DNA of 62,892 bases, filler included, from Hyphochytrium catenoides (taxonomy: Eukaryota > Protista > Hyphochytriomycota), in NCBI GenBank assembly GCA_900088475.1. It is 14 parts of 14 records of this genome, joined end to end, with 100 filler letters (N's around TTAATTAATTAA, not from the genome) between each part and the next. Parts side by side here need not be neighbours in the genome. Positions count along the whole stretch, not along the records: positions 11,243 to 16,457 come from FLMG01003461.1; positions 16,558 to 17,591 come from FLMG01001911.1; positions 17,692 to 18,757 come from FLMG01000715.1; positions 18,858 to 23,054 come from FLMG01000538.1; positions 23,155 to 24,239 come from FLMG01004640.1; 9 more parts are not named here. The stretch is one strand, 5' to 3'. This document shows positions 12,800-24,339 of the stretch, piece after piece; the stretch's first letter is position 1; each line of letters begins with the position of its first letter. The translations under genes and the position numbers were made by a program. The notes under the pieces are model-generated. The model did no database searches and was not told where the DNA came from. It saw nothing but the letters and a program-made list of their open reading frames with translations.

Positions 12800-12832
12800 G
12801 CCCTTCTCAGTCCGGTGGAGCTGAGAAGAGGC
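12787..12832 (+). promoter_or_regulatory. Predicted -1 programmed ribosomal frameshift signal (slippery C CCT TTT plus hairpin)
   Basis: Heptamer 12787-12793 is in the correct gag phase, the -1 frame is open from 12754 into pol, and a 14-bp bulged hairpin at 12800-12832 starts after a 6-nt spacer. Confidence 0.8.
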
Positions 12833-15800
12833 AAGGATCAGGAAAAAAGACATCTCTACCATGTACCAGCATCAGTTCAACGAAGCTGGCGAATATGTAC
12901 ATTACACGGTCTGAAAGCCTGTTGCTAAAGAGTAAAATAAATGGCGTGTCTTCACGGATTCTTGTGGATTCCGGCGCAACTTGTAACTTTATTCATCCAG
13001 ACGTTGTCGATCAGTTGGGGTGTAAACCAACGGTGATGAAGGAACCAGTAGTAGTGTCCCTTGGAGATGGTTCAATGGTTGAGACATATCAAATGATTGA
13101 GGGACTTACTCTGGAGTGGGACCAAGGACTACGACAACGGGTGGACTTCTGTGTGTTTCCTATACGTTCATATCACGCAATCTTGGGCATGCCTTGGCTG
13201 GAAGAGCATAATCCAGTGATCAATTGGCAAACAAGGACAGTACAACTTGGCTCAGGACGACTCTCTGTCACGGTCAAAGCCACGGAGAAAGAAGCTGGTG
13301 GCCAACAGCAGCTTTCCTCGTTGGAGCTATTGACCAAGAGACAACTCCAGCGGGTGCTCAAGAAAGACAAAAATGCTGAGCTTTTTCTTCTCTTCGCCCA
13401 AGTCAGCCCAGCGAAGGGACAAAAGGGAAAAGAGAAGGAGATGAAAGGACAAGACCTGTGTTCTGCACAGATCCTTTTAAAGGAGTATGCTGACGTCTTG
13501 AGGGATCTTCCTGACAGACTGCCTCCAAAGCGTAAAGTGGAGCATCCTATCGACACTATTCCAGGAGCTAAGGAGCCTCATCGAGCACCTTATAGGGTGT
13601 CTCAAGCTGAGTTGGACGAACTCAAGCGACAACTGGAAGAGCTACTACGCAAAGGATGGATCAGTCCAAGTGTCAGTCCTTACGGTGCTCCTTGTCTATT
13701 TGTTAAGAAGAAGGACGGTTCTCTACGGCTGTGTGTGGACTACCGAGCGCTTAATGAGATCACGGTGAAGGATCGTTTCCCTCTTCCTCGTGTGGATGAT
13801 TTATTGGACCGACTGGTAGGAGCCAAGGTCTTCTCTCACATTGACCTGAAAAAAGGTTATCATCAGTTCAGAGTACGTGAGAAAGATCGCTTTTAAACGG
13901 CTTTTGTTACCCGGTATGGTCAATTTGAATGGAATGTGCTACCCTTCGGATTGTGCAATGCACCAGCGACGTTCTCTCGTGGTATGCATGAGGTCTTCAG
14001 AGATCTCCTTGACTCATGCGTGGTTATCTTCTTAGACGACATCTTGGTCTACTCTAAGACTGAAGAGGAGCATGAGCAACATTTACGACTGGTGTTAGAA
14101 AAGCTGAGGCAGCATCAACTTTTTGCCAATCCGGAAAAGAGCAAATTCTTTCGCTCAGAGGTGGTGTTCCTAGGGCACAAGATATCAGGAGAAGGCATTC
14201 AGGTGGACGAGAGCAAGACCAAAGCAATACAGGACTGGCCTATACCTCAGACAGTTACGGCAGTCAAGGCTTTCTTAGGACTTGCTTCTTACTATCGGAA
14301 GTTTGTGAGGAACTTTTCACACATTGCCGCACCACTTACAAATCTCACCAGCGTTAAAAAGAGATTCGAGTGGACTCCTGAGGCAGAGGCTGCTTTTCGC
14401 CGGCTCAAGGAAGCACTACAGCATCCTCCCATTCTGCAACTACCAGACCCCAACAAACCCTTTTATCTCATGACAGACGCGTCAGAGTTTGCCATCGGAG
14501 CTGTACTCTTACAGGATCAAGGGCAGGGACTGAGGCCTTGTGCCTACCTTTCGAGGAAGTTGCAGAGTGCGGAGAAGAATTATGCAGCTTATGAGCGTGA
14601 GTGTCTGGCGATTATTCATGCTCTGAAGTCATGGTCAATTTACCTGGAGGGCCAACACTTCACTATCCTTACGGACCACAGCTCATTGCAATACCTGAAG
14701 TCACAGCAGCGATTGTCAAAGAGGCAAGCACGCTGGGTAGAAATACTACAAGAGCATGACTACGATATCCAGCACATCAAAGGAACTAGCAATATCGTAG
14801 CAGATGCCTTGTCTCGGCGGCCAGATCACCAAGAGCTATCCAGTCTTAGCATCTCTACTCTTACTCTTGATGCAGAGACACGAAAGAAGATAGCAGAGGG
14901 CTATAACAAGGATACTTACTTTCGTGAAGTGGTCTCGGCGGTCAAGGCGAAGACAGGAGAGCACAGGCTTCAACGGTTCGTCCTCCAAGACCAGCTGTTA
15001 TACTTTGTTGAGGATCCAGATCACCCAAGATTATGTGTGCCGAGGGTTGATGATCTCAGAGCGAAGCTCCTTCATGATCATCACGATGCCCCAACGGCAG
15101 GTCATCCTGGAAGAGATCGGACCTATTCCCTACTCTGTCGAAGCTATTTCTGGCCTAGAATGGCAAAGGATGTGGAAAGATATGTGAAGAGCTGCGCTAC
15201 TTGCCAGCAAAACAAAGCCAGAAACAGCAAAGTGGCAGGGTTATTGCACCCTTTACCTGTGCCCAAGACCCGGTGGAGCACAATTACGATGGACTTTGTC
15301 TTTGGTCTTCCACCATCTCCTGAAGGCTCTAATGGTATATGGGTTATCTTAGACAGTCTCAGTAAGCAAGGACACTTTCGGCCTATTCGCGACACAGATG
15401 GAGGAGAGGACATTGCTATGGCCTACATGAGAAATATCTTTCCTCTCCATGGCTTACCGGAGGCAATCATATCAGACCGAGATCCTAGGTTCGTCAGCGA
15501 CTTCTGGCAACAGCTACAGAAAGCATGTGGGACAAAAGTCAAGCTTTCAACGGCTTACCACCCCCAGACTGACGGGCAAAGTGAGAGAGCTATCAGAACG
15601 CTAATGGACACGCTCAGATGCTTCGCCACATATGATCAGAGCAATTGGGAGGCAGCGCTACCGCTGGTGGAGTTTGCCTACAACAGCACGAAGCATTCAG
15701 CCACAGGGTTTAGTCCTTTCTATCTTACTTATGGGTACGAGCCACGAGGCGTGGAATGGCACCATACTAAGGACCAGATGACAGAGATTACGGACCATGC

Positions 15801-16422
15801 GGTACGGCGGTTTGTGGAGCACTTACAGACGGTTACTCTTCAAGCCAGAGAACGGTTATTGGAGACCCAAGAGAGGCATGAGCGCTATGCTAATCAACAC
15901 CGTCGCACGGAGGCTTTCCAGTCCGATGACTTGGTATGGTTATCTACGGAGCACATCAGAGATGATCTCAACCGTCTGCGTCCTAGGAGGAAACTGATAC
16001 CAAAATGGATTGGACCTTACCTGGTCGCAGAGGTTCTCCCTCATGATGTTTATCGCCTACGATTGCCAAAGACTCTTTCCAGAGTACATCCTGTCTTCCA
16101 CGTTTCTCAGCTCAAGCGGTACCACTCTGGACAACGCTTCGATCAGGAAGAGGAGCCAGCTAATCCAGAGAATAGCGATCGGCCTTTTGTGGATCCTGAG
16201 ACAGGAGAACTGGTTTGGCACATTGAAGGCATCCTAGACAAGCGTGTCCGTTATCGCAGGACAGAATATCTGGTCAAGTGTCAGGGACTGCCAGTCTCTC
16301 AAGCTTCTTGGGAGCCTCTTAAGCATCTCTTGCCACATGGCGCCCAAGCAGTAGCAGAGTTCGAGCAGGTCTGCGATGAGGACGACGAGGACGCCGTCCA
16401 GTCTGGAGGGGGGGCAGTGTAA
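12787..16422 (+). pseudogene. pol: Pol polyprotein (aspartic protease, RT, RNase H, integrase, GPY/F motif, chromodomain) with a nonsense codon at 13894-13896
   Basis: Motifs ILVDSGAT; [11 protein letters not shown]; DRF*TAFVTRYG (normally KTAF); LPFGLCNAPATF; IFLDDILVYS; TDASEFAIGAVL; H..H..C..C; TMDFVFGLP, ISDRDPRF, HPQTDGQSE; KWIGPY; WHIEGILDKR..EYLVKCQG..ASWEP. Confidence 0.95.
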
Positions 16423-16457
16423 CAGGACGCCTGAGCTGAAGCAGCTGCGAGACCTTG
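16405..16457 (+). promoter_or_regulatory. Polypurine tract (16405-16417) and start of the 3' LTR (TGTAACAGG from 16418)
   Basis: GGAGGGGGGGCAG is immediately followed by TGTAAC; the pol stop codon lies in the first bases of the LTR. Confidence 0.85.
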
Positions 16458-16890
16458 NNNNNNNNNNNNNNNNNNNNNNNNNNNNNNNNNNNNNNNNNNN
16501 NTTAATTAATTAANNNNNNNNNNNNNNNNNNNNNNNNNNNNNNNNNNNNNNNNNNNNTTCGTTTCTCCCTGGGGCCAAGAATATAGAATCCTGCATCTTG
16601 GCTTGGACCGAGTCAAAGATGGTCAAGCTAAAAGACAGAGGCAATAAATGCTAGACGATCCGATGGGGAAGTCGCTCTTTCCTCTTTTTCTCAGCTGTGT
16701 TTCTCTACTTCTCTCTCCTCAAAAAAGCTCTCAGTCTCTTTATGGCAGCAATCTTCGCGCAAACAAGTGAACTCAAAAGCTCGTGGGCCTGCTTGTCGCT
16801 TACGGAAGTGAACTTATCGAGCAAGAGACCACAAGCAGAAAGCAGAAGTCTGCGGAAAGAATGGAAGGAAAGAAGAGAGAAAGAGAGGAA

Positions 16891-16925
<35 letters not shown>

Positions 16926-18049
16926 AGCACTTTCAGCGCGCTGCCCGGCTGCTGGTCATCACTTTGCCCGAGGGCGGGAACAGTAGAAAAGTATCAGAGA
17001 AGGTTGGGAAGACAGAGCGTTGACGTAGAGGGACAAAGTCATATATCTTACTTAGAGAAAAGGAAAAGACAGAGTCAAGGGAGACATACGGACGAGACAT
17101 GAGGAGGAAACATTGAGGTCGTGTAGGCGGTTAGAGATTACTATTGGGAGACAATGGGATGGGTGGGCCATGTCAGGACGCCACTTTTTGAAAATCCCCG
17201 CGGGAGGTGAGGTGACCTTTCGTGAGACAAGCCTCCTGCCTCAAAAGTGGCAATGTTAGGGATATGATCAGTTAATATTCTTGACGCTTCTGACGGAGCC
17301 ATAACAATCTAATTCAGGATCGTCTCAGATCAAGAATCCGGCTACCGCTCTACCCTCTCCAAACAGTATCGGCGATCGAACAGCTGTCGGAAGCCTGGAA
17401 GGCGAAGTAGAAAAGGAAGGAAAGGGAGGATATGGAACATCTCCCCTATTTATTCTGCATACCGCGACGCTGGGGCGTGGACTCAAGAATCTACATCGAG
17501 TGGGTAGGTCGGCTTACACTTTGGTCATGGCCATGGGGACATTTTCTTAGGTCTCTAGGGGGTGGGTGGGCCACAGGAGGCTCTCGACGCGNNNNNNNNN
17601 NNNNNNNNNNNNNNNNNNNNNNNNNNNNNNNNNNNTTAATTAATTAANNNNNNNNNNNNNNNNNNNNNNNNNNNNNNNNNNNNNNNNNNNNGCATACGAA
17701 AGAGATGAAGCCTTTCAGCCTGTGGGCTTTCTTGCATCTTCAACGCACTGCCTCTCCCACGTTCTCTTCCTCCTCTTCTCATGGCTTCTCATGTCTCTCT
17801 CCTCTCCCTAATACTCCCGTAGCCTGTATAAGATTACCCGCAGACGGTTCCACCACGTGCACCCACCAGCTAGCTTACATGCTCAACGTGGGGTCCTGCC
17901 TTCTCTGGAGCTCTTGCCATGTCCCTCTTGCCATGTCCCTCTGCCACGCTTGCGAATGAAGCGCCACATCTCTCTGTTTTAGCCCCTCTCCTATTCTCTT
18001 TCTCTTTCGTCTCCCTCTGCCCCAAGCCTACTCTTAAGACTACGATCAA

Positions 18050-18616
18050 GGTACCTCTTTTTTCACAAAAGGTTCTGGAACTTTGTATGGGGACGACAGC
18101 GTCTTGATTGCCGTGGATTATGAGCACGGGAACGTCTAGCAGGAGGATAATACGTCAGGTAAAAGAGCAGACAAACACTAGCTCGAGGACATAGGAATGG
18201 GCATTGACTGCGAAGGGAGCGGTAGGACGTAGACGCCGTCTTCGAGCTACTCCGGACATATCACTTCTGTCTTTCCCTTTCTTTCTCCCTCCCCCTGCCC
18301 CTCTTCCTCTGTTTCTCTCTCTCTCTCTCTCTCCTCCAGAGGCTCTCTTCTCAACTGTCTACCTATCTCCCTATTTATCTTTATCTCTCTCCTTCTATCT
18401 GCGCTTTCTCCAAGTGATACCTGTGCTAGGCACCGGCGGGTGATTGTCCTGGATATCCTCAATAAATCCGTAGTGGACAGTAGTATGCTTGCCATAGCCA
18501 TCAGTGTAAGGAAGAGAGAGAGAGCTCTGCCATTTCCTCATGCCCTCAGGTCCGCGAAGAGAGGAGAAAAGGAAGGGGAGATTGAAGGCTGGGCAGAGAA
18601 GAACGAGACGGTCGAC
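18050..18616 (-). CDS. Alpha/beta hydrolase, YqiA/YcfP (UPF0227)-like esterase, partial, spliced
   Basis: Exons VDRLVLLCPAFNLPFLFSSLRGPEGMRKWQSS..VHYGFIEDIQ and DVPVLIIHGNQDAVVPIQSSRTFCEK (HG..D..VP acid motif). Confidence 0.75.
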
Positions 18617-18857
18617 CTGGAGAAAACGAAAGAGGAGACGGATATGCCCAGCCAACAAAAGTGGGAGGAAAGAGGTAAAAAATGACATGCTTCTCTTTGT
18701 CTCTTGTCGCAGTTCTGATGCAGAGTCTTTTCCTAAATTCTCTCTCTCTCTCTCTCTNNNNNNNNNNNNNNNNNNNNNNNNNNNNNNNNNNNNNNNNNNN
18801 NTTAATTAATTAANNNNNNNNNNNNNNNNNNNNNNNNNNNNNNNNNNNNNNNNNNNN

Positions 18858-19005
18858 CCTGACGCCGCGGGCTCTGTGCGGCCCAGCTCGGGGTCCAACC
18901 TTGAGGACAAGAAGAAAAGTGGTGGAGAACCTTCCCCAGGACTACTGTGCGACGCTAACAGAGGAGTCATTCAGGGTACACCTCTCACTCTGTCTCTCTC
19001 TCTCT

Positions 19006-19042
<37 letters not shown>

Positions 19043-19446
19043 CTTGCTCTTCCCTTCCTCTTTTTACTTTCTCGCTATTTCTGTCTCTCTTTGCTCTCTT
19101 TCCCTCCCTCTCTTCTCTCTCTCGTTCTTTGACGTTGGGAGTCTTCTTCTCTGTTTCCTTCTCTCTTGGCTCCCTTTATCTTTCCTCTCTCTTTCTTTCT
19201 CCTTATGTTCTCTTTTTCTTTTCCCCTCTGTCTTTCTCTGTGTCCCTCGTCTTCTCTATCCTCCCGCCTGTCGTGCTCTTACCTTCCTACTTCTACTTCA
19301 AGTCTCTCTCCCTCCCTCTCTATCCATATCTGTCCTGCTCTCATTTCCTTTTTTAACTCTCTCTCTCTCTCTCTCTCTCTCTTCCCCTATCTGTCCTGCT
19401 CTCACCTTTCTTTTCTAACTCTCTCTCTCTCTCTCTCCCTCTCTCT

Positions 19447-19488
<42 letters not shown>

Positions 19489-19903
19489 TATCTGTCCTGC
19501 TCTCACCTTTCTTTTCTAACTCTCTCTCTCTCTCTCACTCCCTCTCTCTGTTTATCTCTCTCTCTCTCTCTCTCCCAGACGGTGAGTGTGTCTGCCTGGA
19601 CGGGTTTGCCAATCCTCCTCAGTGCGCGGGTTGGTCCTGGTGGAAGTGGCTGATCACGATCGGGAGCGGGGTCGCGGCCATCGGGTCCATTCTTCTCACA
19701 GTGAAGACTCTCATTGAGAGGAAGAGAAAGAGAGAGAGAGGAGAGAGAGAGAGAGAAGGAGAGAGAGACGATGATGAAGATGCCCCAGACCAGGTGGCGC
19801 GGCCTCTGAAGGGAGGAGGAGAGGAAGGAGGAGAGTATCACTCGATGACGGGCAGGACCTTCAAGGCAGCAGGACCACCTCTCGGAGCCAAACCAGAGGT
19901 AAG

Positions 19904-19936
<33 letters not shown>

Positions 19937-20092
19937 AGGAAAAAAGAGAAAGAGAAAAAGAGAGAGAGTACGGAAGGGGCGGCAGAGAGAAAGGTTAGGG
20001 GGGGGAGGGGAAGAATGACGTAGGTGAGAGAGCATGAAGATGCGCTTTTCCAGCCAAAAGCTATGAAGAAGGTAGATGCTAAGCACATTTGT

Positions 20093-20143
<51 letters not shown>

Positions 20144-20941
20144 CCGCTGTCTCTCTGTCTTTCTCGCTCTCTCTTTTCTTTCTGTGTCTCTATTCTTCTT
20201 CTCCGTCCAGAATCTCTCTCCTTATCAGGATCATGCACTCGTGAAAATGGAGAGCTTTCGGGATCCGGTGCCGTTGTACATGGACCCGGTAGAGACTCTC
20301 TCTCTCTCTCTCCCTGTCTGTCTCTCTCTCTCTGTCTGTCTTTCCTCCTTGCGCTGATGACGTGCATCTCCTTTCCTTTTACGTGCATCCTCTGCTCACT
20401 TACTCTCTCTGGTGCAAATTTCTCAACGTTATCAGTTCCTTTTTGTCTGTGTCTCCCCAGGTCTCTCTCTCTCTTTCTCTCTCTCTCTTCTCTCAGTATT
20501 GCCTCTAACATTTCCTATAGGAGACAGGCCAGTTCTCCGCAACAAAGTCACCGCCGGCATATCGCCCCGTTCCCGGTGTGAGAGGCAGCAGAGAAGGAGA
20601 GAGAGAAAGAGAGAGAGAAAGAGAACTCTCTCGTCCGTCAAAGGAGACATCTCAGTCAAGAGACGGCTCAATGGCCGAACCTTCTCTCTCTCTCTCCCGC
20701 CCCAAGAGCGAGGGACCTTACAATCCTCCGATGCCCTCCACAATGGGAACAGAAGAGAGAGAGAGAAGGAGACAGGATGGTCTCTCTCTCTCTTCTTCTT
20801 CTTCCTCTTCCTCTCGGCAACTGGACCTTCTCCGTCTCGCGCCCACGGCGAGTGCGATGCAGCGCTCAGGCTCTGGAACCTACCAGCCACGGGTCAAGTC
20901 CACAGACAGAAGAAACCAACCAAATTATGAAATCACACTAT

Positions 20942-20943
<2 letters not shown>
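18858..20943 (+). CDS. Single-pass membrane protein with a small EGF-like Cys motif; 5'-truncated, spliced
   Basis: Exon join gives LLCDANRGVIQ|DGECVCLDGFANPPQCAG, then WSWWKWLITIGSGVAAIGSILLTV (TM), then a basic stop-transfer KTLIERKRK. The 3' exons are less certain. Confidence 0.5.
19262..19560. repeat. Intronic short tandem repeat (ATCTGTCCTGCTCTCACCTTTCTTTTCTAA, 3-4 copies) joined by (CT)n
   Basis: Core copies near 19328, 19389 and 19490, with a degenerate copy near 19266. Confidence 0.8.
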
Positions 20944-20977
<34 letters not shown>

Positions 20978-21323
20978 ACTCTCTCTTTTCGCCCGTTTCC
21001 GTCTTTCGTGTCGTGGTGCTCGGTTTCTCTTCTTAGGAGCATCTCTCTCTTTCCTTGTTGTCACACTCCTCTCATAGGTACCAATTACTTCTCTTCCCCG
21101 TGCTCTCTCCTTTCTCTCTCTCTCCCTCTCTCTCTTGGTTTCACTCTCTCTCGGGCTGTGTAGGCCGCTCCCTAACCTTAAGACAGTTAATTTATTTGAG
21201 GGTAGTCTTTGCGCTGATGTTCTCTCCAACTTTCTCTTCAATCTCTCTCTCGCACTCTTTCCCTCTCTCGCTCTCTTTCTCTCTCTCCTCTTTCTCTCTC
21301 CTCTCTCTCTGTCTCTCTCTCCG

Positions 21324-21455
21324 TGCAACACTACCAAGCTGTCGACCTCATAAACCCTCACAGTTCCATCATCCTAACAGCTCGCAATCATTATCATAGT
21401 TAAATTATAACATACTAAAAGAAACGTCTCTCTCTCTCTCTCTCTCTCTTTTTTC

Positions 21456-21495
<40 letters not shown>

Positions 21496-21735
21496 CTACC
21501 ATGGTTGATCTCATAAACCCTCACAGTCCATCACCATAAACACCTCGCAATCATTATCATACTTAGATCATAACCTACTAAGAGAAAAGTCTCTGTCTCT
21601 CTCTCTCTCTCTCTTTCTCTCCCTCTCTCTCTCTAGACAATACTAACGGGCTGGTTGACCTCATAAACACTCACAGTCCATCACCATAACACCTCGCAGT
21701 CGTTATCATAGTTAAATCATAACATACTAAGAGAA

Positions 21736-21777
<42 letters not shown>

Positions 21778-21882
21778 AGACAATACTAACGGGCTGGTTG
21801 ACCTCATAAACCCTCACAGTCCATCACCATAAACACCTCGCGATCATTATCATAGTTAAATCATAACATACTATGAGAAAAG

Positions 21883-21925
<43 letters not shown>

Positions 21926-22026
21926 AGATAATACTAACAGGCTGGTTGACCTCATAAACACTCACAGTCCATCACCATAACACCTCGCAGTCGTTATCAT
22001 AGTTAAATCATAACATACTAAGAGAA

Positions 22027-22069
<43 letters not shown>

Positions 22070-22125
22070 GACAATACTAACAGCCTGGTTAACCTCATAA
22101 ACCCTCACAGTCCCGTCATAACACG
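21324..22125. repeat. Tandem array of ~145-160-bp units (5 copies plus the source copy in the WDR44 3' end), each separated by (CT)n
   Basis: Anchor CTCATAAA(C/A)C(C/A)CTCACAGT recurs near 21346, 21509, 21659, 21802, 21950 and 22093. Confidence 0.92.
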
Positions 22126-22439
22126 CGGCCACGATCACTCTCCTGCAGGCGCTGTCTGGCGTCACATCCGCAGCTCCTGAGCCCGAGCGCGCCACGACAA
22201 AAGTGGCTGCTGGGGCGAAGAGAGCTGCTGTGACAATGGCGGGACGACTCTCTGTCGCTGTGAAATGTAAGAAAGACTTGTTCCTGTCTCTCCTGTCGAG
22301 AGAAAGTTTGGAGAGCAGAGGAGAAGAGAGAGAGAGAGACTTGTGCTGGTGCTGGTTCTGCGTGTTCCAGATGTACACTTGCCCGTCTTCTGACCCGCAG
22401 ATTATATACTCACCATCCTGACTGAAGCCCGCCTTGATC

Positions 22440-22482
<43 letters not shown>

Positions 22483-22864
22483 AGAAGAAAAACATAAGAG
22501 GAAGAGAGAAAGAGAGAGGCACAAGAGAGAAAAGGGTTAGTCATCAGCTTTCTCCCCCTTTATACTGCCAAACACCTGGTTCATTGTAGACCTTCTTTCG
22601 CTTCTCTTCTCTCTCTCTCTTTCCCTCTCTCTCTCTCTCTCCCTCTCTTTCCCTCTCTCCCTCTCTCTCCCTCTCTCTCCATCTTCCTCTCTAATATCGA
22701 CCCTTTGCCTTCTCTTCATGCTGTTAGCATCCTCAATGCGTCTTCCCTCACTTCCTCATGCCCTTCCTCGTCCCTCTTCTATCCCTCTCCCCTCTCTCTC
22801 CAAGTCTGCTTGTTCTGGTACCGCTCGTTTGTCTCTCTCCCTCTCTTCCCTGTTCTCTCTCTGC

Positions 22865-22896
<32 letters not shown>

Positions 22897-23054
22897 CCTG
22901 CATGTTAGCGTTAAGCAGTCCTTTATATTTGCAGAAGAGAGAGTAATCGTCCATGTGGTAGAGGCGCAGGCGAGAGTCATTCGTGGTGACGAGAAGCTTC
23001 CCTCCCCCTGGGACAAACTGCAGACCTGTCACCTTTCTCCCTTTCTTCTGAGGA
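22067..23054 (-). CDS. WDR44: WD40 repeat protein, WDR44/Rab11-binding protein-like, 3' part
   Basis: KVTGLQFVPGGGKLLVTTNDSRLRLYHMDDYSLFCKYKGLLNANMQ|IKAGFSQDGEYIICGSEDGQVYIWNT matches the WDR44 'LVTSNDSRIRLY..KYKG..N.SSQIKASFS..SGSED..VYIW' signature. Confidence 0.85.
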
Positions 23055-23189
23055 NNNNNNNNNNNNNNNNNNNNNNNNNNNNNNNNNNNNNNNNNNNNTT
23101 AATTAATTAANNNNNNNNNNNNNNNNNNNNNNNNNNNNNNNNNNNNNNNNNNNNGAGAGAGAGAGAGAAAGAGAGAGAGAGAAGGGGAA

Positions 23190-23850
23190 GATAGGACTTG
23201 AAGGGATGGAGTCAACGCCACTGTTCTGGGTATGGAAAAGAGAGAAACTGCTTCGGTCAGCAGGAGAATCAGGGCGGAGAAGACACTGACCCCAAAGACG
23301 GAGAGCTCCTCTGCCGTCAGTCGCTGCAGTGCTTGTACACTTGCCACCCCGTGCCGTGTGAAGGTGCTGCCGTACTGCGGTGGAGAGAGAGAGACGGTGA
23401 GGATAGAGTAGGGCAGATAGTCAGATTGAGAGAGGAGAAATGAAGAGCGGGTGAGGGGACAAAATAGCAAAAGAAAAGAGGGAGATAGATAGATAGATAA
23501 TTGAGAGAGAGAGAGAGAGAGGAAGAGAGAGAGATGGAAGGAAGAGAGAGAGAGAGAGAACACCATTTTAGGCAGAGGAATGGAAGGAAGAGGGAAAGAC
23601 GGGTAGAGTATAGCTGAAGAGAGGAGAGAAGAACTTGAAGAGATGGAGAAGAGGGACAGGCACAGAGTTAAGACCACACAGAAGAAATAAAGCTAAAAAG
23701 GAGAAGGAGAGAGAGAAAAGAGCAAGACAGAGAAAAAGACGTCCACCACGTGCCTTTTCCAGACCGAGAGACTTCAAAAATTTCTTGAACGGGCGGTGAG
23801 GCAGGTGTGGCCCTTGATAGCGAAGAGGCTCAGGCACCGGGGAGCAGGCT
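23190..23850 (-). CDS. SAM (sterile alpha motif) domain protein fragment
   Basis: FKKFLKSLGLEK|YGSTFTRHGVASVQALQRLTAEELSVFGV fits the SAM consensus (fL.sLgL..Y...F...gi.....L..Lt.edL...Gi). Confidence 0.65.
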
Positions 23851-23938
23851 GAAGGGGAGAGAGAGTCACATAAGGCAGACAACGAACAAGGTCAAACGTT
23901 AGAGATTTAGAAGTCAGAAAGACTAAGCGGGAGAAAGA

Positions 23939-23986
<48 letters not shown>

Positions 23987-24339
23987 GCGGGCGGGAAGAT
24001 TAAAGATCCCGGAGGAATTAGCAGAAACGGACAGGAAGAGTGGTCGAAACTCTGTCCAAGAAGCAAGAACAATTGATTTTGTACCAGGTAGACTTGTAAA
24101 GGTATACACGCAAAATGCACGGCGGTCTCTCTCTCTCTCTCTCTTTCCCTTCTCTCTCTCTCTCTCAGTCTCTCTCTCTCTGCGTGTGTGGCTTTTTCTG
24201 ATACCTCTGATCTGTCTGATGACGGCCGTCAGTGCCTTGNNNNNNNNNNNNNNNNNNNNNNNNNNNNNNNNNNNNNNNNNNNNTTAATTAATTAANNNNN
24301 NNNNNNNNNNNNNNNNNNNNNNNNNNNNNNNNNNNNNNN

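Larger units (their letters stand above)
11243..16457 (+). mobile_element. Ty3/Gypsy LTR retrotransposon (chromovirus), near full length, both LTRs truncated by contig ends
   Basis: Order is LTR end (..CA 11409), PBS, gag, PR-RT-RH-IN-chromodomain, PPT, then the TG start of the 3' LTR at 16418. Confidence 0.97.

Noticed and set aside
11846-13896. TAA reassignment or readthrough explaining the in-frame stops in gag and pol
   Set aside because: Host genes here end normally in TAA or TAG, and the pol stop sits at a conserved Lys (AAA to TAA); point mutation is the simpler explanation.
21324-22125. CRISPR-like repeat-spacer array
   Set aside because: Repeats are ~100 bp and degenerate, the spacers are only (CT)n, there are no cas genes, and the context is eukaryotic.
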